A stretch of 53,715 nucleotides of DNA from an uncultured Erysipelotrichaceae bacterium (GTDB taxonomy: Bacteria; Bacillota_I; Bacilli_A; RFN20; CAG-826), in contig CACXKR010000003.1 of assembly GCA_902768335.1 (NCBI GenBank), positions 1 to 53,715 of the forward strand, read 5' to 3'. The stretch's first letter is position 1. Every line of letters starts with the position of its first letter. The notes under the pieces were generated by a model that searched no databases, had not been told where the DNA came from, and was given only the letters and a program-made list of their open reading frames with translations. The position numbers and the translations under genes were made by a program. Positions 29,468 through 38,696 of the stretch are shown in pieces.

Positions 29468-30838
29468 ATGTCAAAAATTCCATTCGGACCAACGTATGAT
29501 GAAATGCTTAATCCATCGCATGTTGATCCAGAAACTAGAGCAAAAGCTCTCAAGGCACTCAAGGAAAACGAACTTGATCCTATTAACCTCTTCAACATCA
29601 CTTGGAAAAATGAAAAGAATGAGGTTAACAAAATCGTCTTACCAAAAGCTTTAACTGGCGTCGATGCAAACATCGTCGTTATGCTCGGTAAGTATTTCCC
29701 ATCTGGCTCACATAAAGTTGGACCAGCTTATGCAACACTTATTGAAGGATGTGTTGATGGTGAAATTATCCCAGGAAAACACACAATTCTTGGTCCTTCA
29801 ACTGGTAACTTTGGTATCGGCACAAGTTATATTACTAACTTAATGAAATATGATGCCATCGTCATCATGCCAGACAATATGTCTAAAGAGAGATATGAAA
29901 GAATCTCTAAATATGGCGCAAAACTCGATTTAACTCCAGGTTCTGAGTCTGATGTTATTCTCACCTTAGAGAGAACATATGAACTTAAGAAGAATCCTCT
30001 TAATAGAACCTTAGCTCAATTCGAGCTTCTTCCAAACTACAGATTCCATCGTCATGTCACAGGTAATTCTGCTATCGAAGCTGTCAAAGGAATCGGTAAT
30101 GGTCGTATTGCCTGTTTCTGTTCTGCCCCTGGTAGCGCAGGTACATTAGCGGCTGGCGATCAAATCAAAGTTGCATTCCCAGAATGTAAAGTTGTTGCTT
30201 TAGAACCACACGAATGTTCAACTCTTACCAATGGTGGTCTTGGACAACATCGTATCGAAGGTATCGGCGATAAGATGATTACTCTTATCCACAACGTTTT
30301 AACAACCGACTTCATCACTCAAATTATCGATGAAGATTGCGTCCGTGGTTTAGCAGTCATTCATGAAGGTAGCGATATTCTTGTTAAACACGGTGTTGAT
30401 CCAAAAGTTGCTAAAGCAATGACCGATTTATTTGGTGTCTCTGGCATCTGCAATATTTTAGGTGCTATCAAGATGGCTAAATATCTTAAACTCGGACCAG
30501 ATGATAACGTTGTTACAATCGCGACTGACTCATTTGATAGATATCCATCAGTCATCAAGAATCTCCATGAAAGAGAACTTGAAGTTACTGATAACGTTTT
30601 AGAAAGATGGTTTGAAGATGTCTTTGCTGAAGCTGATACCCGTTACGTTTTAGATACACGTGGCAAAGAAGCTAAAGAAAAACTCTTCACTCAAAAGGAA
30701 AAAGATTGGCTTAAATTTGGCTACAAACAAGAATATCTTGATTCAATGAGAAAACCAGAATTCTGGGAACACGAATATGCTTTAGTCAAAGAATATGATA
30801 AAAAGATTAAAGAAATGCGTGGAAAGGAAATCAAATAA
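29468..30838 (+). CDS. Cysteine-synthase-like fold-type II PLP enzyme, unknown substrate
   Basis: FPSGSHKVG (PLP Lys), GPSTGNFG, SAPGSAGT, HRIEGIGD; long N- and C-terminal extensions. Confidence 0.75.
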   Translation: MSKIPFGPTYDEMLNPSHVDPETRAKALKALKENELDPINLFNITWKNEKNEVNKIVLPKALTGVDANIVVMLGKYFPSGSHKVGPAYATLIEGCVDGEIIPGKHTILGPSTGNFGIGTSYITNLMKYDAIVIMPDNMSKERYERISKYGAKLDLTPGSESDVILTLERTYELKKNPLNRTLAQFELLPNYRFHRHVTGNSAIEAVKGIGNGRIACFCSAPGSAGTLAAGDQIKVAFPECKVVALEPHECSTLTNGGLGQHRIEGIGDKMITLIHNVLTTDFITQIIDEDCVRGLAVIHEGSDILVKHGVDPKVAKAMTDLFGVSGICNILGAIKMAKYLKLGPDDNVVTIATDSFDRYPSVIKNLHERELEVTDNVLERWFEDVFAEADTRYVLDTRGKEAKEKLFTQKEKDWLKFGYKQEYLDSMRKPEFWEHEYALVKEYDKKIKEMRGKEIK

Positions 30839-32059
30839 ATGAAGGTTTCATTTGAAGAAATTCTCAAAAAAGCAGAGTCGTATCAAAAAGATATGACCAA
30901 ATTCCTTCGTGACATGGTTAAGATTCCTTCCGAATCATGTTGCGAAAAGGAAGTCGTCCTTCGCATCAAACAAGAGATGGAAAAAGTTGGTTTCGACAAA
31001 GTCGAGATCGATCCAATGGGCAACGTATTAGGTTATATTGGCCATGGTAAACACCTCATTGCTATGGACGCTCACATCGATACTGTCGGTATCGGTGAAA
31101 TCAAAAACTGGAAGTTTGATCCATATGAAGGTTTCGAAGACGATACCTACATCGGTGGTAGAGGAACTTCCGACCAAGAAGGTGGCATGGCTTCAATGGT
31201 TTATGCTGGTAAGATTATCAAAGATCTCGGTCTTGAAGATGACTACACTTTATTAGTTACTGGTACAGTTCAAGAAGAAGATTGCGATGGCTTATGCTGG
31301 AAATACATCATTGAACAAGACAAAATCAAACCAGAATTTGTCGTTTCGACCGAACCAACTTCTTGCCAAATCTATCGCGGCCATCGTGGACGTATGGAAA
31401 TTAAAGTTAATGTCCGCGGTATTTCTTGCCATGGTAGCGCACCAGAACGTGGTGACAACGCCATTTACAAAATGGCTGATATCATCAAAGATATTGAAAA
31501 ACTTAATGAAACCGGCCTTGCCTATGATCCATTCTTAGGAAAAGGTACAGTTACCATCTCTCAAATCTTCCATAAATCACCAAGCCGCTGTGCGGTCGCT
31601 GATGGTTGCTGGATCTCTCTTGATAGACGTTTAACTGTCGGTGAAAATGATAAGACCTCAATTGCTGAAATTGAAAACTTACCATCAGTCAAGAAAGCTA
31701 AAGCTGAAGTTACGATGTACGATTATGAACGTCCAGCGTATACTGGCTTAGTTTATAAACAAGAATGCTACTTCCCAACTTGGGTTATTCCTGAAGATTC
31801 CATTTATGTTCAATCATTGAAACAAGGATATGAAGGATTATTCAAAAAAGCACCAGTCATCGATAAGTGGACATTCTCCACAAATGGTGTTTCCATTATG
31901 GGTAGATTCGGCATTCCATGTCTCGGATTTGGTCCTGGCGATGAAAAAGAAGCTCACGCACCAAATGAAAAGACAAGAAAACGTGATTTAGTCATCTGTG
32001 CTGCATTATATGCAACTATCCCAGGACTATATCTCGAAAATTTAGCGAAGCAAAAATAA
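30839..32059 (+). CDS. ygeY: YgeY-family M20 metallo-amidohydrolase
   Basis: [64 protein letters not shown]. Confidence 0.85.
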   Translation: MKVSFEEILKKAESYQKDMTKFLRDMVKIPSESCCEKEVVLRIKQEMEKVGFDKVEIDPMGNVLGYIGHGKHLIAMDAHIDTVGIGEIKNWKFDPYEGFEDDTYIGGRGTSDQEGGMASMVYAGKIIKDLGLEDDYTLLVTGTVQEEDCDGLCWKYIIEQDKIKPEFVVSTEPTSCQIYRGHRGRMEIKVNVRGISCHGSAPERGDNAIYKMADIIKDIEKLNETGLAYDPFLGKGTVTISQIFHKSPSRCAVADGCWISLDRRLTVGENDKTSIAEIENLPSVKKAKAEVTMYDYERPAYTGLVYKQECYFPTWVIPEDSIYVQSLKQGYEGLFKKAPVIDKWTFSTNGVSIMGRFGIPCLGFGPGDEKEAHAPNEKTRKRDLVICAALYATIPGLYLENLAKQK

Positions 32060-32068
32060 GGAGAAGTT

Positions 32069-33079
32069 ATGAAAAAAATTGAACCAAAATTCGCTGGTCG
32101 TCATCTTATTACCTTAGAAGATTTTACTAAGGAAGAAATCGACTACATCTTAAAAGTCTCTCACGAAATGAAAGACGCCTTCTATGCCAATGAAGAAACT
32201 CAATGGTTAGTAGGCAAAACTGGTTTCTTGATGTTCTTTGAACAATCAACCAGAACCAGAAACTCTTTTGAGTCAGGTATGGCTCAACTCGGTGGACATG
32301 CAACATTCTTAGATACATCTATGATGCAAATCGCTCATGGTGAATCTGCAAAAGATACGGCTGTCATCCTCTCAAGCTTTGGTCATATGATCGCTTGTAG
32401 ATATTGTAACTGGGGCCTTGGCAACAAATATATCCGTGAAATGGCCAAATGGTCCACAGTCCCAATAATTAACTTACAATGTGACCTTTATCACCCAATG
32501 CAAGCCTTAGCAGACTTAATGACAATCGAAGATGAATTTGGTAAGACCAAAAACCTCAAAGTTTCCGTCATTTGGGCTATGGCTACAACTCATAAGAAAC
32601 CAATTTCAGTTCCAGTTTCACAAGTCTTATTATTCCCACGTTATGGAATCGATGTGACTCTTGCTTATCCAGAAGGTTATGATTTACCAGACTGGGTTAT
32701 TGAAAAAGCCAGAAAGAACGCTGCTGAAAATGGTGGATCATTAACAATTACCCACGATATGGATGCCGCATACAAAGATGCAGACGTCGTCTTCCCAAAG
32801 AACTGGGGAAGCTGGGTTACCAACCAATCAACAACAGTCGTTGATGATGCTTTATTAGCACTCAAATCCTGGAAGTGTACACCAGATAAGATGGCACTTG
32901 CTAAACCAACTTGTCGTTATATGCACGCTCTTCCAGCTGACAGAGTCAACGAAGTTGTCGATGAAGTTATTGATGGACCACAATCAGTCGTCTACCAAGA
33001 AGCCGAAAACAGAATTCACACTGCAAAAGCTGTTATGGCCTTATTTGTCCACGACAAAGTTCCATCAGATAGACGTTAA
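32069..33079 (+). CDS. Carbamoyltransferase (OTC/AOTC/YgeW superfamily), substrate uncertain
   Basis: STRTR carbamoyl-phosphate motif, HPMQ, ENR; MHALP instead of HCLP; WAMATTHKKPISVP loop. Confidence 0.85.
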   Translation: MKKIEPKFAGRHLITLEDFTKEEIDYILKVSHEMKDAFYANEETQWLVGKTGFLMFFEQSTRTRNSFESGMAQLGGHATFLDTSMMQIAHGESAKDTAVILSSFGHMIACRYCNWGLGNKYIREMAKWSTVPIINLQCDLYHPMQALADLMTIEDEFGKTKNLKVSVIWAMATTHKKPISVPVSQVLLFPRYGIDVTLAYPEGYDLPDWVIEKARKNAAENGGSLTITHDMDAAYKDADVVFPKNWGSWVTNQSTTVVDDALLALKSWKCTPDKMALAKPTCRYMHALPADRVNEVVDEVIDGPQSVVYQEAENRIHTAKAVMALFVHDKVPSDRR

Positions 33080-33100
33080 TTGCTCCTATTAAATAGATGG

Positions 33101-33132
33101 GCGGACCTCGTTAGAGGTTCGCTTTTTCTTTT
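33101..33132 (+). terminator. Terminator of the Mo-enzyme operon
   Basis: GCGGACCTC-gtta-GAGGTTCGC plus TTTTTCTTT. Confidence 0.75.
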
Positions 33133-33143
33133 GTTTTCTAAGT

Positions 33144-33179
33144 ATATCTATTGTACATACATTGGATATATGTTATAGT
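33144..33179 (+). promoter_or_regulatory. TA promoter with overlapping operator
   Basis: TTGTAC-N17-TATAGT with extended TG; imperfect inverted repeat ATATCTATTGTA-ca-TACATTGGATAT (10/12) over the -35. Confidence 0.55.
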
Positions 33180-33201
33180 TTTATCGAAGGAGGTAAGAAT
33201 T

Positions 33202-33486
33202 ATGAATGCAACCGCAGCAGTTTATGTCAAAGTTGATGCTTCTGACAAAAAGATAGCTGAAACAATAATGCATAGTTTAGGCGTGACTCCATCAAGCTTA
33301 ATCCAAATGCTTTACAAGCAAGTTATCTTAAAACGTGCAATTCCATTTGATATTTCTTTACCTAGCAAGCCAATTGCAACTGGTGATATGACCGAAGAAG
33401 AAATTTCTGAATTGGTTCAAGAAGGAATCGATTCGGCGAAAGATGGAACCTACACATCGGAAGAAATAAGAAAGATGCTAGGATAA
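33202..33486 (+). CDS. RelB/DinJ-family antitoxin
   Basis: VYVKVDASDK..AETIMHSLGVTPS..IQMLYKQVILKRAIPFDI; SD GGAGG. Confidence 0.85.
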   Translation: MNATAAVYVKVDASDKKIAETIMHSLGVTPSSLIQMLYKQVILKRAIPFDISLPSKPIATGDMTEEEISELVQEGIDSAKDGTYTSEEIRKMLG

Positions 33487-33489
33487 ACT

Positions 33490-33795
33490 TTGTATAAAGT
33501 AGCCTACTCAATCAAGTTTTATATAGACATTTGGTTTATAAAATCGCACATTTCACTTGTTCTAAAAGACGAGAAAGCTGCCGAAACATTATTTATTCTA
33601 ATAATGGATAAGGCAGACTCGTTGTGTGATTTTCCGGAAAGATATCCCAAGATAACGATATTGAATCGGAAATACCATCGAATGCCTGTAAAAAACTTCA
33701 ACATCTATTATTGTGTAGACAAAGTTACTAAAACAGTCACTATCGCAAGGGTCTTGTATAGCGGTAGAGATATCAATCAAGTTGCAATTAATTAA
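33490..33795 (+). CDS. RelE/ParE-family toxin
   Basis: TTG start; YKVAYS...LCDFPERY...YHRMPVKNFNIYY...VTIARVLYSGRD. Confidence 0.75.
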   Translation: MYKVAYSIKFYIDIWFIKSHISLVLKDEKAAETLFILIMDKADSLCDFPERYPKITILNRKYHRMPVKNFNIYYCVDKVTKTVTIARVLYSGRDINQVAIN

Positions 33796-33806
33796 AGAGG
33801 AGCGAG

Positions 33807-33830
33807 AGAGAGGGCAAAGCCCTCTTTTCT
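33807..33830 (+). terminator. Intrinsic terminator
   Basis: GAGAGGGC-aaa-GCCCTCTT plus TTCT. Confidence 0.65.
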
Positions 33831-33907
33831 ATATTTTTAATGTTTGCTTCTATTTATCGTTTTATCAATTCTTTTCTTTTGCTTATAAATTGCTATAATG
33901 ATTTCCA

Positions 33908-35116
33908 ATGAAATCCTTACGATATTTATATAGAATCGGCCACGGACCATCCTCATCCCATTCAATTGGACCTTATAGGGCTGCTAAATATTTTCGTAAG
34001 AATTATCCAAATGCGATAAGCTACGATGTTACTTTGTATGGTTCTCTAGCGTTGACTGGTCGAGGTCATTTAACTGACAAGACCATAAAAGAAACACTTA
34101 AACCAATCGATACAAAAATCGTTTTCGATTATAAAACACCCGTTCCTCATCCAAACACAATGGATTTCACATTGTATTTTGAAGATGGTTCATCTATTAC
34201 CAAAAGAGTTTTCTCTGTCGGTGGTGGCGCTATCAAAATTGAAGGCGAAGTGGAAGAAGCAGAAGAAGAGGTTTATCCAGAAAAGAATTTTGCGGAAATA
34301 TCCGCGTTATGCAGAGAAAAAGGCTGGTCTTTGGTTGATTATGTTCGTCATTACGAGGGTGAAGAAATCTTTGATTATCTCGCAAAAGTTTATAAGCAAA
34401 TGATGGAGACAATTAATAAAGGCTTATCTGCGACTGGCGAACTTCCAGGTACGCTTCATGTTAAACGTCGCGCTTATGAATTTTTAACTTCGATTTATGA
34501 AAACGAAAGCGCTGTTGGCAGAGCATATCGTTCTATTATGGCCTTTGCATTTGCGACAGGCGAAGAGAATGCCGCTGGTGGAATGGTTGTAACCGCGCCT
34601 ACTTGTGGATCAGCCGCCACAATGCCGGCTTTGCTCAAGTATTATCAAAAGGTCTATGAAGTTCCTCAAAAGAAAGTCATTGAAGCATTAGCGGTCGGGG
34701 GCGTTTTCGGTAATGTTATTAAACAAAACGGTTCCATTTCAGGCGCCGAAGCTGGTTGCCAAGCTGAAATTGGCTCAGCCTGTTCAATGACTGCTGCTGC
34801 ATATGCTTATCTTAAGGGTCTATCCCTTGATGGCATTGAATGCGCTGCTGAAGTTGCAATGGAACATTCTTTAGGATCAACCTGCGACCCTGTTGGTGGA
34901 TATGTGCAAATTCCTTGCATTGAAAGAAACGTTTTAGCTGCCACTAGAGCCGAAACCGCTGTTAGATTAGCCGAATACGCCGCAGATACCCGTTCAATTT
35001 CATTCGATACCATTGTTCAAACAATGATTGAAACTGGAAGAGATTTAAAGAAAGCGTATCGCGAAACTTCAAAAGGCGGTCTTGCTAAAGAAATAAAAGT
35101 TAGCAAAGAGAAATAA
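33908..35116 (+). CDS. sdaA: Fe-S-dependent L-serine ammonia-lyase, single chain
   Basis: GHGPSSSHSIGP, GSLALTGRGH, EENAAGG.VVTAPTCG, SGAEAGCQAEIG, EHSLGSTCDPVGGYVQIPCIERN. Confidence 0.9.
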   Translation: MKSLRYLYRIGHGPSSSHSIGPYRAAKYFRKNYPNAISYDVTLYGSLALTGRGHLTDKTIKETLKPIDTKIVFDYKTPVPHPNTMDFTLYFEDGSSITKRVFSVGGGAIKIEGEVEEAEEEVYPEKNFAEISALCREKGWSLVDYVRHYEGEEIFDYLAKVYKQMMETINKGLSATGELPGTLHVKRRAYEFLTSIYENESAVGRAYRSIMAFAFATGEENAAGGMVVTAPTCGSAATMPALLKYYQKVYEVPQKKVIEALAVGGVFGNVIKQNGSISGAEAGCQAEIGSACSMTAAAYAYLKGLSLDGIECAAEVAMEHSLGSTCDPVGGYVQIPCIERNVLAATRAETAVRLAEYAADTRSISFDTIVQTMIETGRDLKKAYRETSKGGLAKEIKVSKEK

Positions 35117-35135
35117 ACTAATTATAATTAGACAT

Positions 35136-36467
35136 ATGGAAGTCAAACTCTTTAATTCATTAACAAATCAACTCGAAACTTTTAAGCCTATTAAACCTGG
35201 CGAAGTTTCAATGTATTGCTGTGGACCAACGGTTTACGGCGATGCTCACGTTGGAAATATTCGTCCAGCGATTGTTTTCGACACACTTAGAAGATTTTTT
35301 GAAGCAATTGGTTATGATGTTAAATTTGTATCTAATTTCACCGACGTCGATGATAAGATCATTAAAAAAGCTTTGGATGAAGGCGTATCAGAGTCAGTTA
35401 TTACCGAAAGATATATTGCCGCATATAAAGATGTTTTAACAAAGTTAAATATTAAACCACATTATGAAAATCCACGTGTTACTCAATACATGGATTCAAT
35501 CATTTCATACATTAAGGATTTGATCGATGAAGGCGCTGCCTATGAAATCGATGGCGATGTCTTTTTTAGAATTAGTTCAATCAAGGATTATGGTGAACTA
35601 AGCAATATTAAAAAAGATGATTTAGTCGTCGGAGCCCGAATCGAAGAAAATAGTAAGAAGGAATCTCCATTAGACTTTGTCTTGTGGAAGAAAACTGATG
35701 TCGGAATCAAATGGGATTCGCCATGGGGAAAAGGTCGTCCTGGCTGGCACACAGAATGCTGTGTCATGATTGACTCCATCTTTGATGGAAAAATTGATAT
35801 CCATGGTGGTGGTTTCGACCTCAAGTTCCCTCATCACGAAAACGAGATTGCACAAGCTAAGGCTCATGACCACAGCAAACTTGCAAACATTTGGATGCAT
35901 AATGGTTTCGTTAATTTTGGAAACGAAAAGATGTCCAAATCATTAGGCAATGTTGTCTTAGCCAAAGACGCCATCGCAAAATACGGTGGTAACGTGATGA
36001 GATTATTAATTCTTTCCACCCACTATAGAGCACCAGTAAGTTTCACCGAAGAAAGCGTTATTTCAATCAAAAATGAATTAGACAAGATTCAAAAGGTTTA
36101 TAACCAACTCGCGGTTAAACTTCAATTTGCTCACGCGGATCTCAATAGCAAAGATATTCGCATCGAAAAATTCCTCTCCTCTTTAGCAGATGATTTAAAT
36201 ACTTCAAATGCTTTAGCCGATCTATTTGAGATGGTTAAACAAGGAAACGTCGAATTAAGGAAAAACCCCGCAGATATCAAACAAATTGAATCAATTTGGG
36301 CCTCCTTAAATGAGATGCTTGATATATTAGGAATCAAACTCGATTATCCTATTCTCACTAAAGAATTAGAAGAAATCTATTCTCAATATCTCAAATTCAA
36401 AGCAGAGAAGAATTTTGAAGAATCTGACAAATTAAGAGACGTTTTGCTTAACGCCCACATCATTTAA
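35136..36467 (+). CDS. cysS: Cysteine--tRNA ligase
   Basis: CGPTVY, HVGN (HIGH-like), PGWHTEC, DIHGGGFDLKFPHHENE, KMSKS. Confidence 0.97.
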   Translation: MEVKLFNSLTNQLETFKPIKPGEVSMYCCGPTVYGDAHVGNIRPAIVFDTLRRFFEAIGYDVKFVSNFTDVDDKIIKKALDEGVSESVITERYIAAYKDVLTKLNIKPHYENPRVTQYMDSIISYIKDLIDEGAAYEIDGDVFFRISSIKDYGELSNIKKDDLVVGARIEENSKKESPLDFVLWKKTDVGIKWDSPWGKGRPGWHTECCVMIDSIFDGKIDIHGGGFDLKFPHHENEIAQAKAHDHSKLANIWMHNGFVNFGNEKMSKSLGNVVLAKDAIAKYGGNVMRLLILSTHYRAPVSFTEESVISIKNELDKIQKVYNQLAVKLQFAHADLNSKDIRIEKFLSSLADDLNTSNALADLFEMVKQGNVELRKNPADIKQIESIWASLNEMLDILGIKLDYPILTKELEEIYSQYLKFKAEKNFEESDKLRDVLLNAHII

Positions 36468-36468
36468 A

Positions 36469-37197
36469 ATGCAAGATTTCAAAAATAATCAAAACATTGT
36501 TTATGGCAGAATTCCTGCTTTAAACACTTTAGAAAATCACAAAGCTACAAAAGCATTTGTCCAAAAAGGTTTTTCAGACGAACGAGTTTTAAGCGAAATT
36601 AAGAAGGCGAGAATTCCTCTTGCTTATGTCGATATCGCTAAACTCGACGAATTGTCATCAAAAGGAAATCACCAAGGAGTTGTTTTAGAAGTTAAGCCGT
36701 TTGAATATAGTGATTTAACCTCGATTATCAACATTTCTAAAAAGAAAGAGCATCCTCTAATTCTCATCCTTGACGAAATTGAAGATCCCCACAATTTTGG
36801 TGCGATTATCCGTTCTGCGGATGCTTTTGGCGTTGATGGAATCGTTATAAAGAAACAGAATCAAGTTCCTGTCACTATGACTGTTTCAAAAGTTTCAACC
36901 GGAGCGATTGAATTTGTGAGAATAGCACAAGTGGCAAATTTATCCATAGCTATCGAAAAACTTAAAGAGAATGGCTATTGGATTTATTCTGCCGACGGAA
37001 GTGGCAATGATGACTATCAAAATATCAAATACGATGGTCCTGTTGCTCTAGTTGTCGGTTCTGAAGGAAGAGGCATATCTCGCCTTGTTCTTAAGAATTC
37101 AGATTTCATTATCAAAATCCCAATGAGCGGTCATGTAAACTCGCTAAATGTTTCGGTCGCTACCGGAATCCTCTTATCTAGAATAAGAAACAAATAA
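36469..37197 (+). CDS. rlmB: 23S rRNA (G2251) 2'-O-methyltransferase
   Basis: HQGVV, DEIEDPHNFGAIIRSA, GSEGRGIS, IPMSGHVNSLNVSVA (SPOUT). Confidence 0.92.
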   Translation: MQDFKNNQNIVYGRIPALNTLENHKATKAFVQKGFSDERVLSEIKKARIPLAYVDIAKLDELSSKGNHQGVVLEVKPFEYSDLTSIINISKKKEHPLILILDEIEDPHNFGAIIRSADAFGVDGIVIKKQNQVPVTMTVSKVSTGAIEFVRIAQVANLSIAIEKLKENGYWIYSADGSGNDDYQNIKYDGPVALVVGSEGRGISRLVLKNSDFIIKIPMSGHVNSLNVSVATGILLSRIRNK

Positions 37198-37208
37198 TTT
37201 TATTTATT

Positions 37209-37832
37209 ATGAACACATTTTATCCAAACGTCTCAGACGAATCCTTATTTTTATTAATGTCTCAAGGCAGCAAAGAAGCCCAAGATATTTTACTTAGGCG
37301 TTATGTCCACCTTGGAAGGCAGATCGCCGGTGTATTGATTCGTCAAAGAGGTCTAAGAAATACTACGGATGAGTATTTCATTCCTGTAATTTATGAAACA
37401 ATATTTAAAAGTTTTCGATACTATCGAATGAATGATTGCCATTATTTTCTTTATTGTCGCGAATTATTAAATCAAAGTATCAATTCAGAAGCCGATATTC
37501 GAGAAGAAGAATTAGAACAAGATAGAGCAACTTTTTATCTCGATGATTTTATTAATGAATCTACTAACACTTATCATGAGATTGTTTCGGATAGTGAAAC
37601 TTCGCTTACTGTTCCTGAAGTTGCGGACGTTAATGATTTTTTAGAACATCTATCATCAACTAATTCGCCAAAAAAGCGCAAGCTTGGTAGAATATATATC
37701 ATGTATCAGATGGGTTACACCATAACTGAAATTGTTGAAAAACTACAAACAACCCAATATACAGTTAGAAAAGTTATCGAAGATCCTCAAAAATACATTG
37801 ATGGCATCAAAGATAATCTAAATATGAAATAA
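37209..37832 (+). CDS. Divergent sigma-70/SigH-like factor
   Basis: SDESL...GSKEAQDILLRRY N-terminus; C-terminal HTH-like GYTITEIVEKL; sits at the sigH position after cysS-rlmB. Confidence 0.55.
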   Translation: MNTFYPNVSDESLFLLMSQGSKEAQDILLRRYVHLGRQIAGVLIRQRGLRNTTDEYFIPVIYETIFKSFRYYRMNDCHYFLYCRELLNQSINSEADIREEELEQDRATFYLDDFINESTNTYHEIVSDSETSLTVPEVADVNDFLEHLSSTNSPKKRKLGRIYIMYQMGYTITEIVEKLQTTQYTVRKVIEDPQKYIDGIKDNLNMK

Positions 37833-37841
37833 GGAGATTTT

Positions 37842-38654
37842 ATGGCAGATTGTAATCATAAATGTGAAGGCTGCAGCGTGGAAAACTGTGAGTCGAGAAT
37901 TGAAAAAATAAAACCTAACGAATTGAGTAATATCAAACATTGCTATGCAATAATGTCTGGTAAAGGCGGTGTTGGTAAGTCCTTAGTGACTTCTTTAATC
38001 GCTTCAGAATTATCAAAAAGAGGCAAATCGGTTGCGATCATCGATGCCGATGTAACAGGACCATCCATTCCTCAAGCCTTTGGCTTAAAAGGTAAATTTG
38101 CAAAAAGTGATGAGACGCATATCTTTCCAGTTTTATCAAAGACCGGTATTAAAATCATGTCCGCGAATTTACTAATGGAAGACGAGGAAGCTCCAATCGT
38201 GTGGAGAGGACCAATCGTCTCTGGTTTTGTTCAACAGTTATACACTGATGTCGCTTATGGCGATGTCGATTATATGTTCATCGATATGCCACCAGGAACA
38301 AGCGATATTCCTTTAACTATTTTCCAAATGATTCCAATCGATGGAGTTATTGTGGTTACTTCTCCTCAAGAGTTAGTTTCAATGGTCGTTTCCAAATCGA
38401 TCAACATGGCGAAGATGATGTATATTCCAATGATTGGTGTGGTGGAGAATATGGCCTACGTTAAATGCCCTAAATGCGATGAAAAAATTCGTATCTATGG
38501 AGATAGCCATTCCAAAGAAAATATCGAAAAGAACGGGGTTAAAGTTCTCGCTGAATTACCAATCGATCCAGAGCTCGCTAAAAAGGTTGATAAGGGCGAA
38601 ATTGAAGATTATCAATGCAATGCATTGAATGATTTAATCTCTGCTTTAGAGTAG
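37842..38654 (+). CDS. mrp: Mrp/NBP35 (ApbC) Fe-S carrier ATPase
   Basis: SGKGGVGKS, DADVTGPSIP, DMPPGTSD, ENM..vkCPKC. Confidence 0.9.
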   Translation: MADCNHKCEGCSVENCESRIEKIKPNELSNIKHCYAIMSGKGGVGKSLVTSLIASELSKRGKSVAIIDADVTGPSIPQAFGLKGKFAKSDETHIFPVLSKTGIKIMSANLLMEDEEAPIVWRGPIVSGFVQQLYTDVAYGDVDYMFIDMPPGTSDIPLTIFQMIPIDGVIVVTSPQELVSMVVSKSINMAKMMYIPMIGVVENMAYVKCPKCDEKIRIYGDSHSKENIEKNGVKVLAELPIDPELAKKVDKGEIEDYQCNALNDLISALE

Positions 38655-38696
38655 GCATAGCAAAGTTTAATTTTACTTGCACTTCCAGCTCTTCTT

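Noticed and set aside
17007-33079. Selenocysteine recoding in the YgeY/Xdh cluster
   Set aside because: All ORFs are full length with no in-frame TGA.
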